From contig CBDCJO010000002.1 of the NCBI GenBank assembly GCA_965217865.1, positions 1,152,001 through 1,216,000 on the forward strand: DNA of 64,000 bases, written 5' to 3'. Source of the stretch: Candidatus Latescibacterota bacterium (GTDB lineage Bacteria > Latescibacterota > UBA2968 > SICM01). The position numbers and the translations under genes are program-made. The notes under the pieces were generated by a model that was given only the letters and a program-made list of their open reading frames with translations, did no database searches and was not told the origin of the DNA. Position 1 is the stretch's first letter. Every line of letters starts with the position of its first letter. Of this stretch, positions 1 through 10,189 are shown in pieces.

Positions 1-1182
1 TTGCAGGCGGCGGAGGCTCTCGGGGAGAAAGGAATGAGAGGTGATCGAAAGCCCTTTGACGAACATGGACCCGTTGATGATCCCGTCACATCCCCTCAAC
101 ACACCCTCTACCGCGGGCGCCGCACGTTCCGAGAAGCGATCTCTTGTCCACTCCCTGAAGAGTTCCCTGTCGGGACGGTCCGCATCCCGTGCGAGCGCCG
201 CGAATGCCGCGAAGTTAAAATTTACGAACCGGCCTTCCTTCGGGTGGAAAAACGTCGAATTTACACGCCCGATAAAGTGATCGATTCCGTGTGCTTTCGC
301 GTGTGTTATCCGATCCCGCATCCATCCTGAGACCGTGCAGGGAAAATTCGTATATCCCCGTTTCTCATTGTAAAGATCTAATACCAGGGCTTTGTGGGGG
401 TGCTGGAACAGGGAAACAAAAGGATGTCGTGGATTCAGGTAATGGTCGTCTCCGAATTGTGCCCGGAACCCAAAAGTGAGATCTTCCGGGATTCTCCCCT
501 GAAGAGGCAGCCACCATTCGGGTTGTTTGCCCAGGCGCCAGCCCGACAGATAGGTTCGGATCTCCAGGTTTCTTCCCATCTCCTCAACCACGGCCTGATG
601 CGCGTTCCGAATGGCGGTGAGGAGTCTTTCGGATGGGGACATTTCCGCGCAACGTGAACATCGGCACGCCCACAGGTCGCAACGCCCTTCTGAAGGCAGG
701 ATCATCATCCCGTCCAGATCCGGAATGGCCTTGAAGAGATTTCGGTATCGATCCTTGAGCCAATCCCAGTAACCGTCGGACCGCGGGCATATCGGGCGTT
801 CCCTTCGATCATCGTAGCTGGCATCGAATTCCGATCGGTGTCCGGCTGCCAGTCCATCCCCGAACCATTCCGGTTCCATCTCGATCAAGTCATCCGGATA
901 CTGGAGGATGCTCGTGGAAAGCCGGGGACGCATTCCCCGGCGGTGGATCTCCTCGACAAGGCGACGCAGCTGTTGGGTAACGGATGCCCCCTGTTCGCCC
1001 ACCTCTGGACCGAAGACCTCAACCGTGTCGATCCCGTAGCTCATCGAACCCTCCCAGCCCACCATGAAAAGCGTCACACCTTGCACTTCAGCTTCGGCAA
1101 ACCCGTCAAGCGCACGTGCGGTCTCTTCTTCAGGTTGATCCGCGTAGACGATAAATTCAATGTCTATTCGGCTTCGATCCAT
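1..1182 (-). CDS. Hypothetical protein, partial (runs off left edge); possible TIM-barrel/glycoside-hydrolase-like fold
   Basis: Absent from the ORF track because it has no stop in the window. Manual translation from ATG at 1182 gives MDRSRIDIEFIVYADQ...LVEEIHRRGMRPRL...ICPRSDGYWDWLKDRYRNLFKAIPDLDGMMIL...CRCSRC..., open to position 1. It follows the oxidoreductase in the same direction. Confidence 0.75.
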   Translation of the reverse strand, partial: MDRSRIDIEFIVYADQPEEETARALDGFAEAEVQGVTLFMVGWEGSMSYGIDTVEVFGPEVGEQGASVTQQLRRLVEEIHRRGMRPRLSTSILQYPDDLIEMEPEWFGDGLAAGHRSEFDASYDDRRERPICPRSDGYWDWLKDRYRNLFKAIPDLDGMMILPSEGRCDLWACRCSRCAEMSPSERLLTAIRNAHQAVVEEMGRNLEIRTYLSGWRLGKQPEWWLPLQGRIPEDLTFGFRAQFGDDHYLNPRHPFVSLFQHPHKALVLDLYNEKRGYTNFPCTVSGWMRDRITHAKAHGIDHFIGRVNSTFFHPKEGRFVNFNFAAFAALARDADRPDRELFREWTRDRFSERAAPAVEGVLRGCDGIINGSMFVKGLSITSHSFLPESLRRLQ

Positions 1183-1218
1183 AAGTGATGCGCTTTCTTC
1201 CGGATACCCTCAAGAGAA

Positions 1219-2232
1219 TCAACCCTCGGGATTTTCAATTTTCCACGGCGGGCGTGTCAGATCCACCTCTCGCCCTTCGCGGGAGCTGGCGTAGGCCCCC
1301 TGCGCGATCGCAGTATCCACTGCATACTCCCAGGCCACAGGCTCGTAGGTCTCGCCCTGGATAGCCCGTAAGAGGTTGGCTTGAATCGGTCCGTAGTGCT
1401 TCTCGTGCGCGGGCAGATCCTCCTCGATCTGTCTGCCGCCTCGAGTCATCAAGCGCCACACCTTATCGTTCCAGGTCACGATGCCCTCTTCAAAAATAAA
1501 ATGCGTCCCGGTGTTCAGCCATTCCGGCTTGGGATAATACCCCACCTCCTCGTAGAGCATAGAGCCGCCTTCACGGTATTTAACCAGTGCCGAGGTGCAG
1601 GCTTCCACCTGGTATTCGGGGATGTGTTGGACCGAGGCGCTGACCGATACAGGCGTCAACCCCGGAAGACATGCCCGCGCGATCGCCAACCGGTGGAGCC
1701 CGACGTTGCTGAACATCCCACCACCGCTCATCGCCGGGTCCAGAAACCACGCGGGCCGTCCCTCATGAAAATAGAAGCGCTCATTGATGATACTGCCCGT
1801 GAAAAACCGCCCCAACTCGCCGTCCTTGAACTTCCTTCCCGTGGTCCTGGCCCCGGGGTAGAAACTGGCTCCCTCCGTGACGATCAGATGCTTTCCACAC
1901 TGTTGGGCAGTCGCCAGCATCCGGTTGCACTCCTCCACGCTCACCGCCATCGGTTTCTCGACCAGGACGTGGCATCCGGCTTTGAGGGATTCGACCGTCA
2001 TCCGGCAATGAAGACCGTGAGGAATGGCAATAACCACAACATCCGGACCTTTGGCGAGCAACTCCCGGTAGTCCGTGAACCCCTCGCATTCCAGCTTTTT
2101 TGTCCACGTCTCCACCTTTTCCGGGTCCAGATCGCAGCCCCCCATCACCTCAAACTCCGGATGCGCCTTAAAACCTTCAACGTGGTTGGGGATGATGTTC
2201 CCCAGACCCAGTAAACCCACTTTAACGCTCAT
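1219..2232 (-). CDS. Gfo/Idh/MocA family NAD(P)-dependent oxidoreductase
   Basis: N-terminal GLLGLGNI Rossmann motif, HVLVEKPMA motif and GGGMFSNVGLH. Confidence 0.93.
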   Translation of the reverse strand: MSVKVGLLGLGNIIPNHVEGFKAHPEFEVMGGCDLDPEKVETWTKKLECEGFTDYRELLAKGPDVVVIAIPHGLHCRMTVESLKAGCHVLVEKPMAVSVEECNRMLATAQQCGKHLIVTEGASFYPGARTTGRKFKDGELGRFFTGSIINERFYFHEGRPAWFLDPAMSGGGMFSNVGLHRLAIARACLPGLTPVSVSASVQHIPEYQVEACTSALVKYREGGSMLYEEVGYYPKPEWLNTGTHFIFEEGIVTWNDKVWRLMTRGGRQIEEDLPAHEKHYGPIQANLLRAIQGETYEPVAWEYAVDTAIAQGAYASSREGREVDLTRPPWKIENPEG

Positions 2233-2262
2233 GTTGGATCCTTCTTAAAAACTCAAAAATCC

Positions 2263-2370
2263 TTTTCCTGCCACTGCCACTGCTTTTCCCGTTTCACGCC
2301 TCACGTTTGACGTTTAACGGCTCTTCCTGACCTCCGATCCCTGGCCCCTTCTTTTTGCATTTTCCATTTC
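2263..2370. repeat. Composite short tandem repeat cassette, copy A
   Basis: (CCACTG)2, TTTCACG/CCTCACG/TTTGACG units, CTGACCT/CCGATCC/CTGGCCC units, then TTTTGCA/TTTTCCA. Shares 22 identical nt with 13114-13135. Confidence 0.85.
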
Positions 2371-2572
2371 CATGGTACTGCATTAAATGCCAAAAGCAAC
2401 AGGAATCCTTAAAACGAACGAACTTTTTTGGATCTTTGGTCCCTGGGAAATTTACTGCTGGAAGGTAAGGGCAAATGGTTCGGGGAATCGGGGTTCGGGG
2501 GAAGTACGGTGGATGGAGGCGAGAGGTTTTGGAGGAGGGAGGAGGACTTCCGGATTGGCGTGAGTCTTCGGG

Positions 2573-3430
2573 TCAACCTCCAGCTGCGAGGTTCATCTGA
2601 GCCGTTTGGTTCAAAAGGCCGTAGCATTCAGGCCGGCGGTCGTGCTGGGGACCTCTGACCCGACGGGCTTCGAGCGTAGCCACCACGACGTCCTCCCATG
2701 CATGGGCGATCCCGAGTACCATATCATTTCGTTCCGGATTATCATACGTGCCGGCCACGATTTGTGAATTCCCGATCACCCCTTCGGCCTGAGCGATGTT
2801 GGCCACGATGACGAAGCATCCGTTCTCGATGGCCCGTGCACGGATCGTGATATTCTTGTCATAGAGCGGATCAATCGTGCCTCCGCAGTTGGTGGGATGG
2901 AGAATAATCTCAGCTCCCTTAAGCGCCGCAATTCGTGGGAGTTCAGGAAACCGGTGATCATAGCAGGTCATGCAACCGAAACGGCCCAACCTGGTGTCCC
3001 ATACATTGGTCTCATCTCCCGGATCTTCAACGCCGTTTGTGTCGTTGCTTCCCATCGAATGCATCTTGCGGAACTCTCCCACGATTTCCCCTTTATCGTC
3101 CACCATGACCGCGGTATTATAGTACTTTTCATCCACGCGCTCCAGAATCCCCCCGCAAATATGCATGCCATGCCTGCGGGCCCGTTCGCCCATCCATTTT
3201 ACGGTGGGGCCTTCCAGAATTTCAGACAGAATGTACTTCCGCTGGTACATCTCTTCACGTCCAAGATGTTCCCGGGGGAAACCTGTGTTGAATTCCTCAG
3301 GAAGCAGAACAAGCTCTGCGCCTTCTTCCGCGGCCCGTTCGATCAACCCTTCCGCGCGGGACAGATTCCCCTCCACGTCCTCGAATACAACGTTCATCTG
3401 AACTGCGGCCGCCACAATGCGGTCTTGCAT
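2573..3430 (-). CDS. Carbon-nitrogen hydrolase (nitrilase superfamily)
   Basis: LLPEE, FRKMH and TCYDHRFPE supply the Glu-Lys-Cys triad. Start moved to ATG 3430, which follows GGAGAA. Confidence 0.92.
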   Translation of the reverse strand: MQDRIVAAAVQMNVVFEDVEGNLSRAEGLIERAAEEGAELVLLPEEFNTGFPREHLGREEMYQRKYILSEILEGPTVKWMGERARRHGMHICGGILERVDEKYYNTAVMVDDKGEIVGEFRKMHSMGSNDTNGVEDPGDETNVWDTRLGRFGCMTCYDHRFPELPRIAALKGAEIILHPTNCGGTIDPLYDKNITIRARAIENGCFVIVANIAQAEGVIGNSQIVAGTYDNPERNDMVLGIAHAWEDVVVATLEARRVRGPQHDRRPECYGLLNQTAQMNLAAGG

Positions 3431-3510
3431 CACATTCTCCTGAGCGCCCCGAAGCCCCTCTTGAAGGCTGGCGGATAAGCTCCAAAACCCCATCCACGAG
3501 GACATGCTCG

Positions 3511-5982
3511 TTATCTAACAGAAAAAGTCGTCCGACGGTTCTTGACCACTCCATTGTTCAGGTCGGTAACCGTAACCTTGATGATGTAATCCCCCTTCCC
3601 ACCAAAGCCCTCCAGGGCCGTATGCATGAAATCATCCGGAGAATCACCTCCCTGGTCATATGAGACAGTGACTTCGTTACCCTTGGTGCTCCTTCCGATA
3701 AACCTTCCAAGGCCTGCCAGAACGAAATTTCCAACGCCCCCTTTCAGTTTCTTCACAGAATAGTCAACCCGGAAATGCGATTTCCCCTGTTCGTTCAGGT
3801 TGAGGTTGTAGATTTCAAAATAGACATAGACACTCTGGTTTTGTCGATAAATACGGGAAGGCTTCGGGATCACCCGCAGCCCATTTTTCACGAACTTCCC
3901 CTCCACAGCCGACGATGAGATATCCTGGGCAAGCTCAATCCCGCTCACCTTGAGGCTATCCTCGCCGTAACTCCCCATTTGGAGGGTGTCCCGGAAGACC
4001 TGGGTCCTTTTCGACGTCCGGTCGGTGATCTTAAGGGCCACGTAGAAATTCCCCGGAGGGAGATCGATCGTCATCTTGTCCAGGATCTCATCCTCGTACC
4101 CGATCGGAACAGGAAGGGCCGATCGGTCCACGGATCGGTAGACCGTTCGCCAGGATTTGTCGTATACGGCTACCGTGCGTTTTCCGAGCCAACCCTGTTC
4201 GGTGGGCGCAATTTCACTGACCGGAACGCCGAGGAAAACCTCCACCCTGGAGCTGTCTCCTTGACCCCGAAAGTCCACCGCCGACGCGTGGAAAGTGAGC
4301 AAACCCGATGGCGTGTCCGCCATGTAGCGCGTTGGCGCCGCCGCCTTCACCTCGTAGAAGACCTGCTCGGGAGCGTAGAGTCGCATGTTTTGAAGGGTCC
4401 GCCCGACATTCGCTCCGCCGACCTTTATGCCCTGTGGCACCCAGATACTGGGGATCGGCGCAAATTCGTAGATTCCCCTCGAGTATTCGTCCGTGAACAC
4501 GAATTCGACTCCCCCCTCAATATCCCTGTAGATCCAACTCTCCCAGGGCACGGATGTGGTCCCCCCGGCGGCGACGATTGTGTAACCCGACCCGGCGGCC
4601 TGAAGCGGCCAGGCTGGTCCCTTCACCAGACCGATGTCCATGGGGAGCAATGAACCCGCTTCTAGATTATCGCTATAACCCGCGTCCAAAGAATCCTGCC
4701 CGATATCGGTCACCGGGTTACCCAGGCCGAGACGTATCGAGGGATCAATTTGGTGTGTTTGGCGCCCTGCCAGGGCCATGAGGATGGCGTGCAACCCCTT
4801 CTGATCCCCTGCATGGATCCCCGGCCCATAGATCTTCGTCGCTATCCGGTCCCGGATCTTCCGCACATCCGGGTCCATTGCTTTCTCGTAATCCGGTTCA
4901 CCGTTCCGCTGCCGAAAATTGGGCTCCCCGTAGCGGATATAGATCTCCCCGCGCCGGTCCCACGGCGTGCGACCGACCGAAAACCGTGTCCGGGCAACCC
5001 ACACCCGCCGATAGTGTTCCAGACGCCGGAGGTTGACGTCCCCGGTCAAGTCCACATCCCGCCTTGCCCAGAACTGTTTCAGGAAGGACCCCAACTGTTC
5101 CGGAGTGAGGGTGTTATACACCCGAATCTCTTTCGGCGTCCCCACAATGGAGATGTCCTCGTAGTATGCCCTCTCCTGAGGATCGGTCCGGTTCAGAAAA
5201 GCCCGGAACGTCGCGTCCGCCGCCCCAATCCGTCGCTTCTTAAGGTGGACTTGTGCGATAATCGGAAGGGAGCGGATCTCCTTAGGCCGCTCCTTGAACA
5301 TGGCCATTAAATTTTCGATAACCTCGTCCCCCTCCCCATCCTCCGTCAGCAGCTGAAGTTCAGCGAACCGGATCTGAAGGCCCGGATCGTCCGGTAACAA
5401 TTTCAGACCCTTTTCACACCACTCGGCGGCCTCCTCCAGTCCGTAGGGTTCGTGCTCGGTCCATCGGGAGAGGGCCACGTAGGCCGCTGCATGGTTCCGG
5501 TCGATCCGCAGCACCTCTTCCATATGCAGTTTTGCGCTCGCCTTTCCGAGCGTCCGCTCGACGATGGCGAGTTGATATTTTGCATCGACAAACTTTCGAT
5601 CCCTTTCCAGGGCTTTTTTGAACCGCTTTATAGCCTTCTTTTTTTGATCCTCCCCCCCCCCGGCCGCGGCCATGCCGTACCCATACCAGGAATCGGCGGA
5701 ATCGTCGATGCGCCGAGCCCGGTCGAACATCGCTTCCGCCTTATCCAGCCTTAGCTGGCCAAGAAAGATCGTACCCAGGATCTTGTGAATATTCGCGTTG
5801 TCCGGGTATCGATTGGCCATCTTATCGTAGAGGAAATCTGCCCCTTCGACATCTCCGGCGCGATACAGTTCCGTTGCCTCCTGGAGCCATTTTTTTAGGT
5901 CCCCGGAGTCTTCCCCACTCGCCTTCAAAGGGAGAAACGTCATCAGGACAAAAACCACCATTGAAGTCAGATATTTGAACAT
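3511..5982 (-). CDS. GWxTD domain-containing protein with N-terminal TPR repeats, secreted
   Basis: Signal peptide, TPR-like helices, FLKQFWARRD...EHYRRV...PWDRRGEIYIRYGEP, ESWIY, and a beta-rich C-terminus (VYVYFEIYNL). Confidence 0.85.
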   Translation of the reverse strand: MFKYLTSMVVFVLMTFLPLKASGEDSGDLKKWLQEATELYRAGDVEGADFLYDKMANRYPDNANIHKILGTIFLGQLRLDKAEAMFDRARRIDDSADSWYGYGMAAAGGGEDQKKKAIKRFKKALERDRKFVDAKYQLAIVERTLGKASAKLHMEEVLRIDRNHAAAYVALSRWTEHEPYGLEEAAEWCEKGLKLLPDDPGLQIRFAELQLLTEDGEGDEVIENLMAMFKERPKEIRSLPIIAQVHLKKRRIGAADATFRAFLNRTDPQERAYYEDISIVGTPKEIRVYNTLTPEQLGSFLKQFWARRDVDLTGDVNLRRLEHYRRVWVARTRFSVGRTPWDRRGEIYIRYGEPNFRQRNGEPDYEKAMDPDVRKIRDRIATKIYGPGIHAGDQKGLHAILMALAGRQTHQIDPSIRLGLGNPVTDIGQDSLDAGYSDNLEAGSLLPMDIGLVKGPAWPLQAAGSGYTIVAAGGTTSVPWESWIYRDIEGGVEFVFTDEYSRGIYEFAPIPSIWVPQGIKVGGANVGRTLQNMRLYAPEQVFYEVKAAAPTRYMADTPSGLLTFHASAVDFRGQGDSSRVEVFLGVPVSEIAPTEQGWLGKRTVAVYDKSWRTVYRSVDRSALPVPIGYEDEILDKMTIDLPPGNFYVALKITDRTSKRTQVFRDTLQMGSYGEDSLKVSGIELAQDISSSAVEGKFVKNGLRVIPKPSRIYRQNQSVYVYFEIYNLNLNEQGKSHFRVDYSVKKLKGGVGNFVLAGLGRFIGRSTKGNEVTVSYDQGGDSPDDFMHTALEGFGGKGDYIIKVTVTDLNNGVVKNRRTTFSVR

Positions 5983-6071
5983 GTTAAGACCTCATTGCTT
6001 AAGATGTGACGTGGAACATGACCGGCTTTTATCTTGGAACCTAAAATGAATCTTGTTTCACATTTCCCGTC

Positions 6072-6794
6072 TCACGTTTCCCTTTTTTCAATGACCAGCG
6101 TCATGAACATCGCCAGATATTCCGCAGCAGGAGACAACAGTCGTTCTACCGCCCGCAGGGGAGGAAAAAGGGCTTTCGGTAAAAAACTCCTGTAGTTGGT
6201 CCCTCCCGCCAGGAGATAGAGAAAAATATCGTGATACTGCACGACGAGAACCCGAAAGTCCGGGAACCGACGTTCGAATTCTCCCCGCCGTTCCCTGAAC
6301 AGGACGGTTGGAAAAATCAGGTCGGCGCTTCCCAGCGGCCGGTTCTCCCCTTTCGATTTTCTGATCGAACCGGAACACGAAAAAGATTCGTGATGAAGAT
6401 ATTTGTAGATAGGATACGAGAGATAGCTGACATAGGGTTCGGTGAACACCATCCGCCCGCCCGGGGCCAAGGTTCTCCGAGCCTCCTCGAACAGCCGGTA
6501 CGGTGCCTCAAGGTGATGAAGAACCCCGATAAACGCGATGTTGGCAAGGGACCCGTTCGAAAAGGGGAGGCGTTCTCCGTCCAGAATGAGCCCAACCTCC
6601 CCTATATTGAGCACGTCCGATGTGATGGCCTCCGGACAGAACTTCTTGAAGAACCCCCCTCCGGACCCGATCTCAAGCGTGGCCCCAGGGACTTTCGATA
6701 AATGGCCAACAAGACGATCGTAATACCCGGTATAGAGCTTCCGGAGGATCCCCTTATGGTTCAGGGCCCATCGATTCTGCACCGTCCAGGCCAC
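6072..6794 (-). CDS. Class I SAM-dependent methyltransferase
   Basis: LEIGSGGG motif I, LPF, VLHHL, LAPGG and EP motifs. Confidence 0.88.
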   Translation of the reverse strand: MAWTVQNRWALNHKGILRKLYTGYYDRLVGHLSKVPGATLEIGSGGGFFKKFCPEAITSDVLNIGEVGLILDGERLPFSNGSLANIAFIGVLHHLEAPYRLFEEARRTLAPGGRMVFTEPYVSYLSYPIYKYLHHESFSCSGSIRKSKGENRPLGSADLIFPTVLFRERRGEFERRFPDFRVLVVQYHDIFLYLLAGGTNYRSFLPKALFPPLRAVERLLSPAAEYLAMFMTLVIEKRET

Positions 6795-6868
6795 TTCATC
6801 GTTCGACTGGAACGATCCCAGGACTTCGGGCAGCAGAAAAAAACGGCGCCAGCCCCCACGAGGGCGAT

Positions 6869-7632
6869 CTATAAAAGCCTCCTTCCAACCGGGTCGAATT
6901 TCCTGAATTTCGCCAACCCGATTCGTTCCAACCGGTATTCAAGGGTCGTCCCGACGACTTCGAAGGCGTACTTAACGCCGCGCCAGAACCCGATGGATGA
7001 AGACTCTGAAAAATAACGGGCTGGGCAGGAGATCTCTCCCACACGATTGCCAAAATAGAACGCCTGCGCAAGTATCTGGTTGTCGAACACGAAATCGTCT
7101 GAGTTTTCTCCGATCGGAAGCGACTCGAGTATCCCCCGCGAAAAAGCCCGATAGCCCGTATGGTATTCCGAAAGCCGCTGATTGATCACCATGTTCTGGA
7201 AAAAGGTCAGCAGACGGTTGATCACGAACTTGAACACCGGCATTCCTTGCTTGACCGCCCCCTTTACGATTCGGGACCCCAGGACCACATCGAACATCCC
7301 AATTTCGATTAGGTAAGCCATCGCCGGGATAAGCTGGGGGGGGGGTACTGGTAGTCGGGGTGCACCATCACCACGATGTCCGCCCCCATACGGAGCGCTT
7401 CCCGGTAACAAGTCTTCTGGTTTCCCCCGTATCCTCGATTTTCGGGATGGACCACCGTGGGAATCCCCAGCCTCCGTGCAACCTCGACCGTGTTGTCTCG
7501 GCTGGCGTCATCCACAAGAATCACCCCGTCCACCACATCGAACGGGATATCTCGGTAGGTCCGCTCCAGCGTCCGTTCCGCATTATAGGCCGGGAATACC
7601 ACCACGACTTTCTTGCCCCGGATCAACGCCAC
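6869..7632 (-). pseudogene. Glycosyltransferase family 2 (polyprenol-phosphate sugar synthase-like), frameshifted at a G10 tract
   Basis: The N-half ([27 protein letters not shown]) and C-half (LIPAM, VLGSR, EYHTGYRAF, FVFDNQ) are in different frames. They join at the G10 run at 7336-7345. Confidence 0.85.
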
Positions 7633-7969
7633 CTCCTGATATCGCCACGACGGCGGTGTGGGTTATACGCGGAAGGAAAGGGACGCGACCGGAAGACGAG
7701 CCGCTGAAAAAATGCAACACGAAATCGTAGCGGGCCCGGAGCTTCGGCCTATCTATGTTGAATTCTGACGGACCTCTAAGTTCCATTTTTTTTGGCTTAA
7801 AATCAAACAAACCGGGCTCCTCCCATCACGAAAGATGGGAATTTCTCTGGGAACCCCTCTCCCGGGATGTTTTAACACCCCCTTACCTCCGTTCGTACTG
7901 CCCCCCCCTTGATCCATCTGAAATCTCACATGGGACGAAATGAGCCCCGGCCAACCCCCTCTCATCGAC

Positions 7970-10096
7970 CTACCCTTTCTCCCGCCTATCTCTGGCGACC
8001 TCCGCGGTAAACTTGGGGAGGTCGATCCCCCACCCATCCACCTCCTTCACGGCGAACCGGGGGTCAGACAGTCTTTCAAGAAGGTCGTGCCGTCCACTGA
8101 GCACGTCTACCGCTTTAATGAGCTCCTCTGGCCTCACCCTTGACCGCACCTCTTCGAGGAGGCAACCGTGCAGGAGGAGAATGTCCTTGAATTCAACGGA
8201 AAACCTGAAAGTTCGGTAGGCCTGGCGAGGTGAGTCCAGCTGCAGATGTGATCGATAATTTGCGTCGAATGATGAGGTTTCTCCTGAACGCTTAAAAACC
8301 AATATCTGCGGGTGGTCGAATTGCCGCCAGGTGACGTCCGCTCCCCGGTCGTCGAACGGAATTCCGAGAAACCCGGGTACGATCTCAAACTTTTGCACGA
8401 GGGTATAACCGAATCCCCCCCCCATCAGGGTGTCATAATACATCGTCGGGAAGGGAAATCGGCCTCTGGTTGCCAAGCGATCATCCGAAATCACCATGTA
8501 GTCCGCGTGTCTCATATAGACCTGATAGAGGGCGGAGGGGTAATAAGAGGGAAACAGGCGATCTGGCGTTTTTCCGGACGTGTTTTGATCCACGACGATG
8601 TGATCATCGATATCGATCGTCCACAGGTCGTAAAGGTTTGGCGAGAGGAGCTCACGCATCCCGTTGTGCCCTCTTTCCAACAACACGGCCGAGCCTGCAT
8701 CTACATTCTCCGCTACCCATTGGGCGGCTTCCACGCGCACGTCAGGATGACGATAGATCCCTGTATACGCAACCGCGTTTGCGGATGTATACAGGAGAAC
8801 CAGAGACCCACACGCGATTCCTGCGATGCGAACCGGAAACCGGCCCGACCGATACATTTCCACCAGAAACCGGGCGGACAGGACCGTTACAAACGGCATC
8901 CAGAGAACGAAATAGCGAATATATTTTCCCTGAAACCTTCCCGTGGCCAGAAAATAGAACAGGACGAAGGAGAGCAGCAGCAGGTCCTCCCGGCCACGAC
9001 GATAGGCCGCCCACGCAATTCCGCCGAATACGGCTATCTCCAGGGGGATTCCCATGCCTGCCGGAAACAGGTTCGTGAGATGGTAAAGATAGGGAGGTGT
9101 ACCTGCGAAGTGGAAGGATCCACGCATCAATACCTCTCCAACGTTGATCAGGATGCCTGTTGTGGCCCCCAGAAAGTTCTCCGGATCGAAGTAATCTCCA
9201 AAGCGAAGAACCGAAGAGGGCACAAGTATAATAAATGCCCCGACGGCGGTCCCAAGGGAGACATACAGCCGTCGATCGAACAGGGCGAGGAGGGTGGCGC
9301 GGATAAGATCCGGCCCCTTATTCCGATTTTCCCGCTTTACCCCGTGCTTCGTCTGAACGACCCCTGTTTTGCGATCATCGCCTTGCAGGAGGCTGATCAG
9401 ATGGGCTGCCAGAAGGGGCACGAAGAGCTGGATCGCGTGTAACTTCGTCGCACAACCGAGACCGATGGCCCCGCCTGCCAACGCATAGTTCCTCATTTCC
9501 CCCTTCTCCATAACACCCAGGATGGCCAGGAATGCGACGGTCATCCAGAGTGTAAGGAGCACATCCACCGTGCAAAAATGGGAGGATTGGATGCTGAGAG
9601 GGGTCACGGCGAGGAGAAACGCCCCGGCCAGTCCTACAGCTCGGTTGTAGCAGCGGGAACCTAGCCGATAGGTCAGCAGGATCGTCAAGGTGCCCGCTGC
9701 AGCGGACAGGCCCCGACCCACTAAACGCGTCCAGTTCGCGTCGCCCGGGCTCTGAAGATCGAACAGGTCGAACCCGACGATCACGGAGACGACTTTCCCC
9801 AGGATCCAGAAGAGATACATGAATACCGGACCATAGACCGAAAGAAGCCTCTGTTCTCCGTCGACCGTGTAATGGGGATGAATGGACCGGCTCAGGCTTT
9901 GGGATGCGGTCGTAAGATTGTTGGCATCCGGGTGGAACCCAGCTTGCTGAATCGACAGGGTGCGACCATCCAGCTTGAAGTCCTCCAACGAGGAGATTCC
10001 CCAATCCAGTCCCGAAAATCGAAGAGCCGCCCCAATCAGGAAGATCCCTATGATGGGAAGATGCCCCCGAATTCCCGTCAGATAGGATCTGTTCAT
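7970..10096 (-). CDS. GT-C fold glycosyltransferase (family 39, ArnT/PMT-like), multi-pass membrane protein
   Basis: LRFSGLDWG...FHPD, GRGLSA, SHFCTVDV, GLGCATK, RY and DHPQILVF motifs, with many transmembrane segments. Confidence 0.85.
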   Translation of the reverse strand: MNRSYLTGIRGHLPIIGIFLIGAALRFSGLDWGISSLEDFKLDGRTLSIQQAGFHPDANNLTTASQSLSRSIHPHYTVDGEQRLLSVYGPVFMYLFWILGKVVSVIVGFDLFDLQSPGDANWTRLVGRGLSAAAGTLTILLTYRLGSRCYNRAVGLAGAFLLAVTPLSIQSSHFCTVDVLLTLWMTVAFLAILGVMEKGEMRNYALAGGAIGLGCATKLHAIQLFVPLLAAHLISLLQGDDRKTGVVQTKHGVKRENRNKGPDLIRATLLALFDRRLYVSLGTAVGAFIILVPSSVLRFGDYFDPENFLGATTGILINVGEVLMRGSFHFAGTPPYLYHLTNLFPAGMGIPLEIAVFGGIAWAAYRRGREDLLLLSFVLFYFLATGRFQGKYIRYFVLWMPFVTVLSARFLVEMYRSGRFPVRIAGIACGSLVLLYTSANAVAYTGIYRHPDVRVEAAQWVAENVDAGSAVLLERGHNGMRELLSPNLYDLWTIDIDDHIVVDQNTSGKTPDRLFPSYYPSALYQVYMRHADYMVISDDRLATRGRFPFPTMYYDTLMGGGFGYTLVQKFEIVPGFLGIPFDDRGADVTWRQFDHPQILVFKRSGETSSFDANYRSHLQLDSPRQAYRTFRFSVEFKDILLLHGCLLEEVRSRVRPEELIKAVDVLSGRHDLLERLSDPRFAVKEVDGWGIDLPKFTAEVARDRREKG

Positions 10097-10189
10097 GGTT
10101 AATCCCGACTCGATTTGAAAACATCCCTATCGACGCAGGCCGACCGGAACCCCACCGTTTGAACACCGTGTGATGCCGCGCTTTGGGGG

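Noticed and set aside
1-1188. Short plus-strand ORFs in the track (1..330, 394..657, 838..1188)
   Set aside because: They are shadows of the long minus-strand frame (1..1182) and have no recognisable motifs.
7640-7965. Small ORFs between the GT39 and GT2 genes
   Set aside because: No convincing ribosome binding site or motif, and the candidate frames overlap neighbouring genes.
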